Shown: piece after piece, positions 1-11,853 of the stretch
Position numbering within the stretch: the first letter of the stretch is position 1
Layout of the letters: each line of letters opens with the position of its first letter
Source: Podarcis cretensis
Taxonomy: Eukaryota
Assembly (NCBI GenBank): GCA_951804945.1
Contig: OX638158.1
Coordinates: 42,904,001 to 42,968,000 of the forward strand
DNA length: 64,000 nucleotides
Direction of reading: 5' to 3'
Notes under the pieces: generated by a model
The model's input: only the letters and a program-made list of their open reading frames with translations
Told to the model about the DNA's origin: nothing
Database searches by the model: none
Made by a program: the position numbers and the translations under genes

Positions 1-650
1 ATTTAAAATACAAGAAATCAACATTTTAAGGTGAGGAACGGGGCATTTAATACCGCTGGGTGCATTATGGATATGCATAATTTGTTAGCTAGAAAACTAC
101 TTATCGGCAATGCAGCATTTTCTATGGTATGGTATAGCCACTGGAACTTTAAGTTGTTGTCATCTTTGGAACATGCCACAAAACTGTTGCGTGCACTATA
201 CAATTTTACCTCTCTAATTCCATGGCAAATAGACAACATAAAATCAGATCCCGAAAACTCAAGTTAGGCTGCATCTAGGTGGCAGTTTAAATGAACACAT
301 ATGCACATGTACTTCACATTTGCACTGTACCCATATTCCAAAGGTCTCCTGGCTGTCAGAGTCTTTTAATACTGCAGTAAATGCTAGACCAGCATCAGCA
401 GTGTAGCATGGCTGGCCAGAATAGTGCTACAATGGCACAAAATCAAGTTCAACATATTGCAGAGAAATGCTTCGTCAGCTTTCTGCACGCCGGGAGATAA
501 GTGTTGATTCATACACGCTCATTGAAAATCATGACATATCATATTTTGCCACCACACACACACTGGAACACTGAAATCAACCATTTCTAGATCTCTGTGA
601 TGTTTGTTTTAGAATTCTATTCCTACTACTACATGGGCAGTTTCACAATA

Positions 651-881
651 CAGTGGTACCTTGGGTTACAGACACCTCGGGTTACAGACACTACAGGTTA
701 CAGACTCTGCTAACCCATAAATAGTACCTCACGTTAAGAACTTTACCTCAGGATGAGAACAGAAATCGTGCAGTGGCAGTGGGAGGCCCCATTAGCTAAA
801 GTGGTACCTCAGGTTAAGAACAGTTTCAGGTTAAGAATGGACCTCCGTAATGAATTAAATTCTTAACCCAAGGTACCACTG
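651..881. mobile_element. Tc1/mariner-type MITE
   Basis: TIRs CAGTGGTACCTTGGGTTA / TAACCCAAGGTACCACTG, with TA on both sides. Confidence 0.88.
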
Positions 882-1168
882 TACAGTAATGGACAAGTAT
901 CTCTGGATCAAAACACAAATAAGCCTTTTTCAGGCATTCACTCATGCCGTTAATCACATGGCAGGGAACAGGAGGGCCAGATCCATTGTCCGGGCATGGA
1001 AAACATCTTTAAAGAGGAGAATTGCTGTATACATTTGGCTGTTCTTGTGATTGGGGATGTTTCACAGTCAGTAATAAAAGAGTCAAGATGCCAAAGGAAT
1101 GTCACATTCCTAGTTAAATCTTATGCAGTGTTGAGTGATTACCAAATGTACAACAATAGCATGGAAAC

Positions 1169-1534
1169 TGTTATGTACTGAGTTGAATAGGATCCAAAAT
1201 GCAGCAGTCTGATTGGTCCTAGAACAATAGGATCCAAAATGCAGCAGTCTGATTGGTCCTAGAACAATAGGATTCAGAATGCAGCAATCTGATTGGTCCT
1301 AGAACAATGCAGCAGTATGATTGGTCCACAGGAGCCACCCAATCCAGCTCCAGGTGGAAGTGAATCCACAACCTGATTGGCCTACAGGAGAATCCCGGAA
1401 TTAGCCAATCACGTGCAGCCCATTGTGTAAATAAAGAATATAAAGCAGATATTTTGGCGGAACTTTCATTCCTCCTCACCACTATGAGGTGAATAAAGAG
1501 CATGAAATCCACGCTCGACTCCGAGTATATTTCA
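1169..1534 (+). mobile_element. Solo LTR (366 bp) with 40-bp CCAAT-containing tandem repeats
   Basis: TG...CA ends; 5-bp TSD GAAAC; about 3.5 copies of a 40-bp unit (1186-1328); TATA-like AATATAAAG near 1437; AATAAA near 1492. Confidence 0.85.
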
Positions 1535-1559
1535 GAAACACAGGTAGTTGTGAATTCCT

Positions 1560-1925
1560 TGTGAGGAGAATCAGAACTTACAGGGTTAAGCAGTTCTGAG
1601 TGACGTCTCACATTCTGAGGCGTGGCGATATTCACATAGGGGAGTGTTTCTCTGTGTGTCTTTCTTCTTTCGCTTTTACCGAGAAGCCGAAAGGATGCCG
1701 GCAAATTCACCGGGCTGATTTATGTTGTTATTGCACTCATTAAAGGCTTTTGGAGATAAGAGAAAAGCCTGCATTGCAGTCTGATTTATTCCCACACAAA
1801 GCGACAGCTTTTCCGCGCTGTGTAAACTCTGCTAAGAGAGCAGAGAAGCTGGAAGAGGTTTTTACCGGCCTGGACAGCAGCAGTGACGCAGCTCAGAAGG
1901 GTGCCGGACGCCATTTTATCTAACA
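1560..1925. mobile_element. Second, unrelated solo LTR (366 bp)
   Basis: TG...CA ends; 5-bp TSD TTCCT (1555-1559 and 1926-1930); CpG-richer than the flanks. Orientation uncertain. Confidence 0.7.
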
Positions 1926-2268
1926 TTCCTCAGACCAAACTAAAAACAAGTCCAAATTTCCGATTAAGCTGTATGCTGATGCTCTAGCCTTTTACAGAAA
2001 CCCTGCATTAACATTTTCAAAGTTAAGAGGAAGTAAAAATAGGATGTGGAGGGCTAAAAATGACAGCTAAGCAAAATTAAAGGGTCAATTAAGCAAGGAG
2101 CTAATTAAGCAGTTGGAGAATTGCAGCACTGCCAAGCACCAGATTGCTATGGTGACTGTTAAATTTGCTACAAAATTTGCACAACTCCTTGCAATAGTTT
2201 TTGGGGAATGGAAGAAATCCATAAAGTAAGGTCCAGTTTAGTGGTCCTCCAAGACTCTCTCAATTTTG

Positions 2269-2403
2269 GAGGGGCCACTAGGGGCACATCGGAAGATGGC
2301 TGACAATAACATCTCTCCGACCCACACGAGGTAATTCGGAATTTATGTGATGTGATTTGATTTGATTTGATTGGTCGGTTAATAAAAATTATTTTTTAAA
2401 AAT
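2269..2403 (+). mobile_element. 5'-truncated non-LTR (L1/Tx1-type) 3' end
   Basis: 16-bp TSD GACTCTCTCAATTTTG (2253-2268 and 2404-2419); AATAAA and an A/T-rich tail at the 3' end. Confidence 0.75.
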
Positions 2404-4372
2404 GACTCTCTCAATTTTGATGGCAGCAGCAGCGAAGAAAGTGGACACGGCACTACATGATAACCCCACCCCCAGCTAATGTATATTGATCAGTTTAGGA
2501 AGGGTGCTGTGTGCCTGTGTGTTTGAGATTACACACACACACATACACAAATAAACATAGCCTGTGTGCTAGGCAACTTCCTAGATTCCTAAGTGATCAC
2601 TCCCCTCCAAAGTTATTAAAACTCAACCCTGTTCTATAGCAACACTGCATTATCTTATTGTTGATGTAGCTTTGAAAAATATACCATGTGTCCCTTGGCA
2701 GCATTTCAAAGGAAGTTGCTGAAACAGTTTCTGACGGTTTTGCTTCGCCTAGTATTAGAATCTTTGCTGCTGTTTGTGAAGGCCCAGAACACCTCTGTTT
2801 CGCCTTCTTGGTTTATATGCCATTGCTTATTATATGAAATAACTGCTCAGTTCTGTTGGGGTTGCAAGCCAAACACTAAAAGTTTCCTTACATTATAGTG
2901 GCAGGTTGGAAAAATGTTTAAGATAAAGAATGATGGTGAACAGTTAAAATGCCCCAGTTTTATTATATGTGGATTTTTTAATCCACTTTTCAAGCCACAG
3001 CCCTCTCAAAGTGGCTCATAGAATAAAACAAAACAAAACAAAACAAAACACAATTAAATATGCAACACAAAAAAGAAAACCACTGGTGACCATGGGGTAT
3101 GTCTTCTTAATGTAAAAGAGAAGACAGCAGCAACAGAGGAGGAAAGAGTTCAATTCCCCATTCCTGCCTACTCTAGTCCAGTATTAAAACACCCACCCAC
3201 ACCAAATTGATGTTATTTGCATTTTTAAAACCTGCACATTAAATGCAAAGGCACTTTTAAGTCATATCTAGATTGCCTCCAATTCACTCAGACATTTTGG
3301 CACCCCTTGTCTGCTTGGCTGGACAAACGACACCTTGAAACAGCGTGTCCTTTACAAACACAATGCAACCGTTCCAAATATTGTGGGGGGAAATCTACCA
3401 CCCCAAAATAATCCAAGTACTCAGGAGGCAGTTTCACGATGCGGAAAACAGAAGATGCAGTATGCCAATCACACCTAATAATATTATTAACAAATATAAT
3501 CTTGGTATGTGTAAAATATAATGGACCTCTGTCTTCAAGCCATAGTAGTCGCTGCTTCCGGTTTCTGTTTACCAGCCATATTAGTCTCTTGCTTGTTTTA
3601 CTGCTATCAAGCCCTTCCTGTCACCTGTGCCGAAAGTTACAAATGGATCAGTCTGACCCTCCTCTTAGGCGTTAGCATTCTAATCAGCAATGTGTCCTTT
3701 CCTCCTGTTGAGGCTCCTAATGTGTTTCACGTGACCATTTTTACAACTTGCACGTACTCATTTAAAAACACAACAGCCAGAAACCTACAGTTCTGCAGCA
3801 TCACAACAGCTTAGCTCACCAATCAACTGGTTTGTTTTTTGTCCTTTCCTTGGGATAAATCAGCAGTGACCAATCTATAGCCTTCCACATGTTGCTAAAC
3901 TACAACTCCCATTATTCCTGGCCAAGCTGTTTGGGTTGATGGGAACTGTAGTCTTGAAGGCAACCAATTATCCACTTCTGAGTTACACTAATTTTTCAGC
4001 AAAACTTTGTACAGGGTGCTTTAATTTGACACTTTAACCATATTGCTGCAATCACAGCAAACACTCTAAATTGCATGATAGGTGAAACAATAAAGAGAAG
4101 ATTGAAGTTTCTTTTTCAGAAGCATAACATTAACAGGAACCAACATCTTCAAGTAAAACAAAGCTGCCTATTTGATTTTAATACTCAGGGACTGGGTACA
4201 TACATATAATTACTTACAAGCTCTGCTGAGTTCAAAGAAATATATTACTAGTGTCAGGAATTGGGTCTTAATTTCCTTGCATGACTCCACAGGGAAAATG
4301 TTGGGAAAACAGTGTAGCAGCTAGTTCATTTTATCAACCCCTGTAGAGGATGACCATTTGCATCTCCTAGAC

Positions 4373-4594
4373 CAGGGGTCAGCAAACTTTTTCAGCAGGG
4401 GGCCGGTCCACTGTCCCTCAGATCTTAGGGGGGAGCGGATTATATATTTTTTCGGGGGGGGGGGGGGGGAATGAACGAATTCCTATGCCCAACGAATAAC
4501 CCAGAGATGCATTTTAAATAAAAGGACACATTCTACTCATGTAAAAACACGCTGATTCCTGGACCGTCCCCAGGCCTTAGTTTGCCTACCCATG
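4373..4594. mobile_element. Non-autonomous hAT element
   Basis: Ends CAGGGGTCAGCAAAC / GTTTGCCTACCCATG; exact 8-bp TSD TCCTAGAC. Confidence 0.88.
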
Positions 4595-5072
4595 TCCTAG
4601 ACTTTGTGACTCTGTTTACGAGCTTGGAAGTTTGACCACTAGAAAAAAAATGTTACAGAATAAAATAGCAAAATGGGAAATGGTAGGACCAAGGAATTAA
4701 GAGGCAAATGAAGACCTTCAGCTGCCCTGAAAATTTGATGTAATTCTTACTGAAGCAGCAAACACTCTTCTAAAGCTACAGAAGCCTCTCAGATTCTTTT
4801 CTGAGTAGGTTATCTCTTACTAGCATTTTGCAGTGGAAAAGACAATTATAGGGGATCACTGCCAATAACTGAGACAGGGACACTAAGCTAAATAGTACCT
4901 TTTAGAGAGAGGCATAAATCTAACGGTCTAATTCGGTTACTTATTACATTATTTTTCAATCCCACTAAAATCTCAGCTACATTATTTCTATTGATCCCAT
5001 TCCATGCCTATGTTCAGCCCATGATGACTGCAGCAGGGATTTGTGGAAATGGCTTTTGTGAGTAATGCCGAC

Positions 5073-5226
5073 CTGCATGCGGTTCATGGCTTCCCGAATC
5101 TGGTCAAGATGGTGTGCTGAGCTGAGGGCCTCAAGACGGATGTCTGTTAACTTGAGCTCTTTTTCCCTGAGCTCATTTTTCAGCTGCAGAATTATTTCAG
5201 CCTCTGCCTCTGTGCATTCACAGATC
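5073..5226 (-). CDS. NAV3: NAV3 coding exon (154 nt): ICECTEAEAEIILQLKNELREKELKLTDIRLEALSSAHHLDQIREAMNRMQ (coiled coil)
   Basis: Acceptor tttttag|G ATC, donor CAG|gtcggc; phase 2 to 0. Contains the NAV-family LTDIRLEAL motif. Most 3' exon found in the window. Confidence 0.95.
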
Positions 5227-7029
5227 CTAAAAAGAATTGGAAAAGGTAGAGAGGCAGAAGATTAAAGGAACGCTCGCTTCTGAAGGCAATGTGCTATTAT
5301 TCTGTATCAAAGAACAGAAAAAGGGTTGCTGCTGGTAGCTCTCTAGGAGCAGGACGGAGAATTTCATCAAAACTACATGAATGGGTTCAATTTAAAAACA
5401 TGAAAGGGGGGAGGGGAATGTCCAGATAAAATTATAAGCTTGCCTTTATAGCTTTCCTAAGTAGTTCTAACATTTTCTTTTTGTACAAAGTGTAATTATT
5501 ATGCATGGTTATTTCACTCCTCCCAAAGTAGAGAAGGGCTGTTTTTTATTTGCCAAAACAGTAGCAGCTTTATTTAACGTTTCATGAAAACAATGCAATT
5601 GTTAACTATCTTCCAAAATAGCAGTGATTAAAATTAAAGTATTGGAGCTGAAATGAAGTTAGTTTAGCTTTGCAATGTTCTCTGTAAAGTATAATGCAAA
5701 AGTATAGGGCTGCTTTACCCACACATTGTTATCTCTTGATTACTCCACATATGATAGCTGTTACTAGACTACTCAACCCCTGACTTCTAGCTGAATATAG
5801 GAACCATTTCCACTGATATATTATGGCAAGGTTGGCAAACATGGCACCCTCCAGATGCTGCTGTGCTTCCATATTAGCCCCAGACAACAGGGCTAAAGAT
5901 AAGGAATGATGGGAGTTATTATAGTAACAACATTTGGACAGCACCATATTGGCTAGCCCTATATTATTATATTTAAGGTGATGGCTGGTGTAACAAATGC
6001 TATGGAATTTGATCTATGATCAGTATTTCAAAAAATGCAAGTAATCACTTCCCCTAAGGGAAGAGTTTCTCAGCAGTCTTCACGCAGCTGCTGGAACATA
6101 GGAAACAGTCTTGTGAAGACTACTGAGAAATGCTTCCCTTTGGCAGTGATTCCACATAGTGAAAGCCATCATATGGAACAGTCCCATCATGTGGGCTCTC
6201 CATCAGCAAAGATGCTCGTTGCTTGTCCCAGACCATTGCAGGAGCAATGGTTTCCACGTGGCTGTATAGTCAACTGAAGTGTCACATTCCCTTACAATTT
6301 CCACATTTTAGAGAAATATGTACTAAGGTGCAGAACAGATGATATTATCAATGTAAATATTTTTTCCTGACTAACTGCAAAGGCAAAACAACTTATTTGT
6401 GGAGACAGAGTGATACATTTTTTAAAAGTGGCGTTCTCTACTCTACTCTGCCTTGATGCTATTTTCTTTTGCTATGAAAGAGGATATAATCACAATCCAA
6501 TAGCACAGTGGCAAAGAGGCTCCCTATTTTCTTCCATACATTGCAGTTTTCCACAAGCAAATGAAAAAAAAAATGCATGTTGCAAAATATTATGAGAAGC
6601 CCTTGCAAGTGAATCTTGATCATCCCCCCTTTTCTGAAACCATGTGAGATACATATTAAGATAATTCAGTTTTTAAATACGCCATTTTTTCCTAGATGAA
6701 CATATTTGGGTGACAGCTGTGCTAAGCTAGAACAATATCTACCTACACTGCTCAAATTTTTCAGTACCACATATTAGATATCAAGGATGTGCATCCTATG
6801 GCCCTCCACCAGACAATCATTCGTGACCTCTAACCATGCTGGAACTGATGCGGGCTACAGGGCCCCCACCCACTCATACATTATTACATGTTAGTGTACA
6901 TCCAGTATGATAGTGCTATAATGTTTTATATTTTTCATGGAATGACTACAAATGCCTATTGATAGGGCAAATGGGCCACTTCAGTCTAGTTCTTAGACAT
7001 GTAATTCCAAGCCCCACATGCCAGTTTAC

Positions 7030-7095
7030 CGGGATCTATGTTTGTAGATCACGTGGCCGTTTTGCCTTTTCTTTGGAGCCCAGATTTGGGATGAC
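7030..7095 (-). CDS. NAV3: NAV3 symmetric cassette-type exon (66 nt): SSQIWAPKKRQNGHVIYKHRS(R)
   Basis: Acceptor atatgcag|G TCA, donor CG|gtaaac; phase 2 to 2. Resembles the recalled mammalian W-PKKRQNG-VIYKHRSR alternative exon. Confidence 0.87.
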
Positions 7096-7979
7096 CTGCA
7101 TATACACGCAATAGACAGACAGATGCAAGTGACAGAAAGTAAAGGAAATGGTTTAGAAAATGAGATCAGGTCCAAGGAAGAAACAAACTAAAAAAACAAA
7201 ATCAAAAGGAGCACACTACACAGCAGAATGAAAATACAATGATTTTTTTTGTGGAAGGTGTGAATGGAATGATAAATCAAAGAAGCAAAATATGCCAAAG
7301 CTTACATAGATTTCATTTATCCCAAGTACTATAGGCAGACTGCAAATAAAAAGACTGACAATGCACTCCAGTCTGCTCCAGTCTCATTTTAAAATGCTAC
7401 ACTTGAGGACTAGGAGGCAAAACCAGACACATCATTTAGGAAAGCAGATGTTTAGATGCAATAATATTTTTGAGAATATATTATATTTTGACTGGCCAAG
7501 CCACAGAACACCCTGCAGGCTGTGCCTTTAGGATGTAACTTGATTATCAAAACCTTAGCTAATTGGAATTGCAAGCATCTAACAAGAATAGGAATGTGCA
7601 TTCTGTGGTGGTAACAATGAAACTTGATAAAGAATTAGCTGGCTCACTACAGGAAGTGCTTAAGTATTTTTTGACACGGGTCTTCTTGTTTGGCTAGTTC
7701 ATTAATTGTTTGGACTGGAAGACATGCTCTCTGATTTCATCTTTTACCCTGTTGCCTTGAGCTTGTTTCCTCGTGTATTTTGTACAGTAATGTGACACAT
7801 CTTCTCTTGAATTGTTGTGCCCTTGACCTCTCCTCTTTTTATGTTTGTGTGTGTTTTCATATATAAAATTTATTTGTTTGTATGTATGAATAACATCCAA
7901 GGTCACTTTATGCATTGGATGAAACGGGCTCTGTCACAAAAACTTACAAAGATGCATTCAATAGTCTTTTAGCTGACAT

Positions 7980-7980
7980 T

Positions 7981-8016
<36 letters not shown>
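7980..8016. repeat. (TA)n microsatellite
   Basis: Seen directly. Confidence 0.95.
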
Positions 8017-8019
<3 letters not shown>

Positions 8020-8407
8020 GCAGAGGTGCCTTGGGGGCAGGAAAAGAAAATGGCAGAGAACAGTCATGAGCCAGGTATGTCTCCCCTCACCAAGAAAACA
8101 TGGAAAGGAAAAGAATGCAGGATCAATGCTTTTTTCAAGGTAGCATGAAGTGGAAAAGCAATGGAAGCAAGAGTTCCTCTCTGTGCAGTTTGAATACAGC
8201 TACGCACAGGATGATAAGTAACATTTTCCAAGGGATAATTTTCTAAACAGCAAATTAAGGTCTTAACCGAGAGAGTGGTTGAGAGGCAACAATTAATGGA
8301 AGTACAGAATTGAAAGTTGAGAGGCAGTATTTCTGAAATACCAATCACTATTTTGAAAATTGCTTCTTTAACAAATGGCTGTTCTCTAAGAAAGAGGGAA
8401 AACATAC

Positions 8408-8580
8408 GCGGATGCCGATTGGGATGGCTTTATTGATGTAGACCCACAATCTCCGGAACTGTGGGGTAACTTGGGTGAGGATGGAAGAGATGAATCTGTG
8501 ACTTCTTCTATATCAGAATGTGAGGAAGGAGGCTTTGTGGACTTCTTCTTCCCAAAGGCCTGTTTGAAGGAACTTCTTAG
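8408..8580 (-). CDS. NAV3: NAV3 coding exon (173 nt): LRSSFKQAFGKKKSTKPPSSHSDIEEVTDSSLPSSPKLPHSSGDCGSTSIKPSQSAS(A)
   Basis: Acceptor tttcctag|CTA, donor GC|gtatgt; phase 0 to 2. Confidence 0.95.
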
Positions 8581-9732
8581 CTAGGAAAGAAGAAAGAAAA
8601 TTAAGATTTATTTGGATTATCTCTGATCATTTGGTTCACTTTACGTTTTGTTGAAAAGTTAGTTTGCAGATGCTAATCTAGCCACTGCCTGTGGTTAAGT
8701 GTATAGATTAAGCAGGGTATTAACATGTGCAACACAGTATCTTTAAGAACACAATAGAGTGCTTTTTAAAAAATCAAGTGAGCACAGCGCAAACATTGAA
8801 CGCTATGGAAAAGGTACAGGATCAAGTGGTACAGCTAAACAGATGCTCATTTAAAACCCTACACCTCCTGTGGAAATCCCATTCCTCTGACATTCCCATT
8901 AAGGTGACTGGTCTTAAATAGCCACATTGTTTAAAAATTATTGACTTTCAGAAGACATTCCAATCAATGTGATTTTGTGCATCATTTATACAAAATTGTT
9001 TTTTTTTCCTTTAGAAGTTTGACCCTATTATTTCTACAGTAGCATGGATCAGAAATAAGCATATTTTAAGCTGTTATATGATGCTTGCCTTTTTGCTGAC
9101 AAGAAGCTGAAAGGGTTGGGGAAAGAGGAGGTATTTGCTGCAGTTCTGTTTTAAAGAAGCAAGTTCATATGCATAAGCACTGCTTTTTTTTTTTTTTTGC
9201 TCTAGAAGTTTTTTATCCATTATTGAAAGGGACAGAATAGCCAAAGAGCCATTTATTTCAGGAGTAGAGATGGCAAACGTTATGGATGCAATGAGCACTA
9301 TGCAGTTATTTTCGAGTTGTCAAAAGCGTCTTACGAACATACAGAGGGGGGAAGTGTGTTCCCCCCTCCCCCAAATAGTTGCTATAGTTGCTTTGATTAC
9401 CCAAATGTTTCTTCTACTAAACATTGGAGCACATAATCACTTTGTTCTATGAATATTACTTCAAGAGCAGGGAGTGTAAGTACTGATTGAGTTACCATAA
9501 TTTATATTCATTCTACTTTATGAGTTCTAATAAGAAAGAAATGGATTTTGGCGACACTCCCCCTTTCTAGATTTCAAAGTTGGAGGTAAAATGAATAGAG
9601 AAAAAACTAAGGAGACATAAAGAATAATTTGTTTTAGAAGGGTACAAAAGCCTACTGCCAAAATGAATAGCAATCATGCCAAGATAGAGTTCTTTGAGAT
9701 GCATGCCAAATTTTCCAGGGATTTATATTCAC

Positions 9733-9753
9733 CTCACTTCCTCTAGAGTTCAC
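9733..9753 (-). CDS. NAV3: NAV3 microexon (21 nt): VNSRGSE
   Basis: Acceptor tttctgcaag|GTG, donor GAG|gtgaat; phase 0 to 0. Inserts between ..KKNW and LRSSF.., as recalled for NAV3 isoforms. Confidence 0.85.
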
Positions 9754-10024
9754 CTTGCAGAAACATGAAAGAGTGTGCAATTACAAATCAAGGGAATGAA
9801 GTTGGAATCAGTATTTTTAAAATATTACCTGCGTAATAAACATATTTTAAACAACAAAAGTAAATTTTCCATTATTTCACTAAAATCTGAAGCCCTTGTG
9901 ATAGGTGTATGTTCTTCTCAAATCAAAGACTTTATATTTATCCATCTTTAAAACATTTCCATTGGCTTTCTTTCTAAAGCATTCCAGACAGTTGACCTAT
10001 TTTATAGAATGAGTGAGAAAACTG

Positions 10025-10070
<46 letters not shown>
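10025..10070. repeat. (TATC)n microsatellite
   Basis: Seen directly. Confidence 0.95.
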
Positions 10071-10294
10071 AGCTTTCACATGCTTACACATCGATCTGAA
10101 TATATTTTGTTTGCCAATGCTCATACCTCACTAGGTGCAAACAAATCCATATTTATCTAGCCACAGTATTATCAACAGTAATTATACAGAAGGGCACCAC
10201 TATAAGGGTTATTTGTATGTGCCATTGTGTTATCTATGAAGAAGGAAGCCATATAAAAGTCTATTCAATGCATTTAAATATCTAGAGCACTTAC

Positions 10295-10416
10295 CCAGTT
10301 TTTCTTTTTCTTTTTCTTTGAATCAGCATCATTACCACTGCCCATACTTGAATGGCTGGTGCCACTGTTGATGCTGGAAACACTTTCGGAGGAATGTTGC
10401 CGCCTTATTCGTAGAT
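10295..10416 (-). CDS. NAV3: NAV3 coding exon (122 nt): (D)LRIRRQHSSESVSSINSGTSHSSMGSGNDADSKKKKKKNW
   Basis: Acceptor ttatag|AT, donor TGG|gtaagt; phase 1 to 0. Confidence 0.95.
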
Positions 10417-10421
10417 CTATA

Positions 10422-10424
<3 letters not shown>

Positions 10425-10463
<39 letters not shown>
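10425..10463. repeat. (TAA)n microsatellite abutting a NAV3 splice acceptor
   Basis: Seen directly. Confidence 0.95.
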
Positions 10464-10466
<3 letters not shown>

Positions 10467-10765
10467 TGTAAGTGCCTTAATTCCCAAGGGACCCCCCTTT
10501 TCTAGAGTTTAAAAATGTCATGGAATGCCAAATCCCACTAAAACTGAGTGCTCTGGTGGAAGCTGAATAGGATTCCAAAGGGAAACGCAAATAAACTGTT
10601 ACTTGTAGAAGTGACTATGGAAAATCTTTTTTCTGGTGGGACACTCATTCTCAGTGTAGAAGCCACCTATTTGGTCTCCACCATCTCCCCAGCCAGTGTC
10701 TTTCATGTGGAGTGGAAACAACCAGCATGGGAAGAAGCAAATACCCTGGACAACTAGATAGCGGG

Positions 10766-11499
10766 CAGGGCCGTCTTAAAGATATTCGGCGCCATGGTGC
10801 AAAGATCCCTCTGGCGTCCCCTGCCCCCCTTTCCCCTTTCCCCAGAGTTGTTGACCTTTTTTTAGGGAGGGAACGCCAGCAGCGGCGGAGGGAGCCTCTT
10901 GGGATGGGACGGTGCTGCCAGCGACGATCCCAGCTTTGTGGGGCTAGAGGAGGCAGCAGCGGCTGGAGGGCAGCTCCTCTGGTGGGGAAGAGGTGGAGGC
11001 AGGCCGCGGCACCTCCTGCCTCAGCTGGCCGCTTTGTGCCATGGTGGCCACAGCAGGCGGAGGCTCTGGCTGTGGCGCTGCTTGAGCGAGGCATGGCAGA
11101 GGCAGGCAAGTGTGGTGAGCCAGCTGGGGGAGCCGCCCCCATGGAGATCCGCAGTGCCTGATGCCTGGCTCGAAGACGAGACAGCTAGCAGGAGGGGCGC
11201 TGTGCGCACCTGCGCCTCAACCCATTGGGCAAGCGAGCACACCGAGCGAGTGAGAGTGCGTGCGCCGCTCCTGCCGAGTGTTGGCTCGGTTTTTTCCTCT
11301 TTAGCTTTCTGGCGCCCTGCAGAATTCGGCGCCTGCAGGCTGAGGGGAAAAACCATGCCAACGCTCAGCAGGAGTGGCACACGCACCCTCGCTCAATCAG
11401 CACACTCGTTCGGTGTTCCCCGGACTCTCGCCTGGTGCCCTCCAGAACCTGGCGCCCTGGCACCCCGCACCACTAGCATCTCTGGGTAAGACAGCCCTG
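10766..11499. mobile_element. GC-rich non-autonomous hAT element
   Basis: TIRs CAGGGCCGTCTTA / TAAGACAGCCCTG; degenerate 8-bp flanks ATAGCGGG / ATAGTATG; sharp GC-content boundaries. Confidence 0.78.
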
Positions 11500-11625
11500 A
11501 TAGTATGGATCAGTACCTAAGCAACACAGAAGTTCTTCCAAAATCAGAATAACTTTTACCATGAAAACACTCTTATACTTATTGTTCAATCCGTAATTGT
11601 GAATTGTGGAAAGAACATAGCAGTA

Positions 11626-11853
11626 CAGTGGTACCTTCGTTGACAAACAGCTTGGCTTCCGAACAAATCGGCTCCCGAACGCTGCAAACCCAGAAGTGAG
11701 TGTTCCAGTTTGTGAACATTTTTCGGAAGCCAAACATCCGACACAGCTTCCGCTTGAGTACAGGAAGCTCCTGCAGCCAATTGGAAGCCGCGCTTTGGTT
11801 TTTGAACATCGGACTCCCAGAATGGATTCTGTTAGACTTCCAAGGTATGACTG
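11626..11853. mobile_element. Tc1/mariner-type MITE
   Basis: Ends CAGTGGTACCTT / AAGGTATGACTG; TA flanks. Confidence 0.8.

Noticed and set aside
1186-1328. 40-bp direct repeats resembling a CRISPR array
   Set aside because: The units are contiguous with no unique spacers and lie within a eukaryotic solo LTR.
2686-2853. Possible next NAV3 exon (AG/GT-bounded segment)
   Set aside because: All three frames from the acceptor hit stops, and the expected NEIE-type peptide is absent.
10651-11489. Several overlapping 80-200 aa ORFs
   Set aside because: They result from stop-codon scarcity in a GC-rich hAT element; no recognisable protein.
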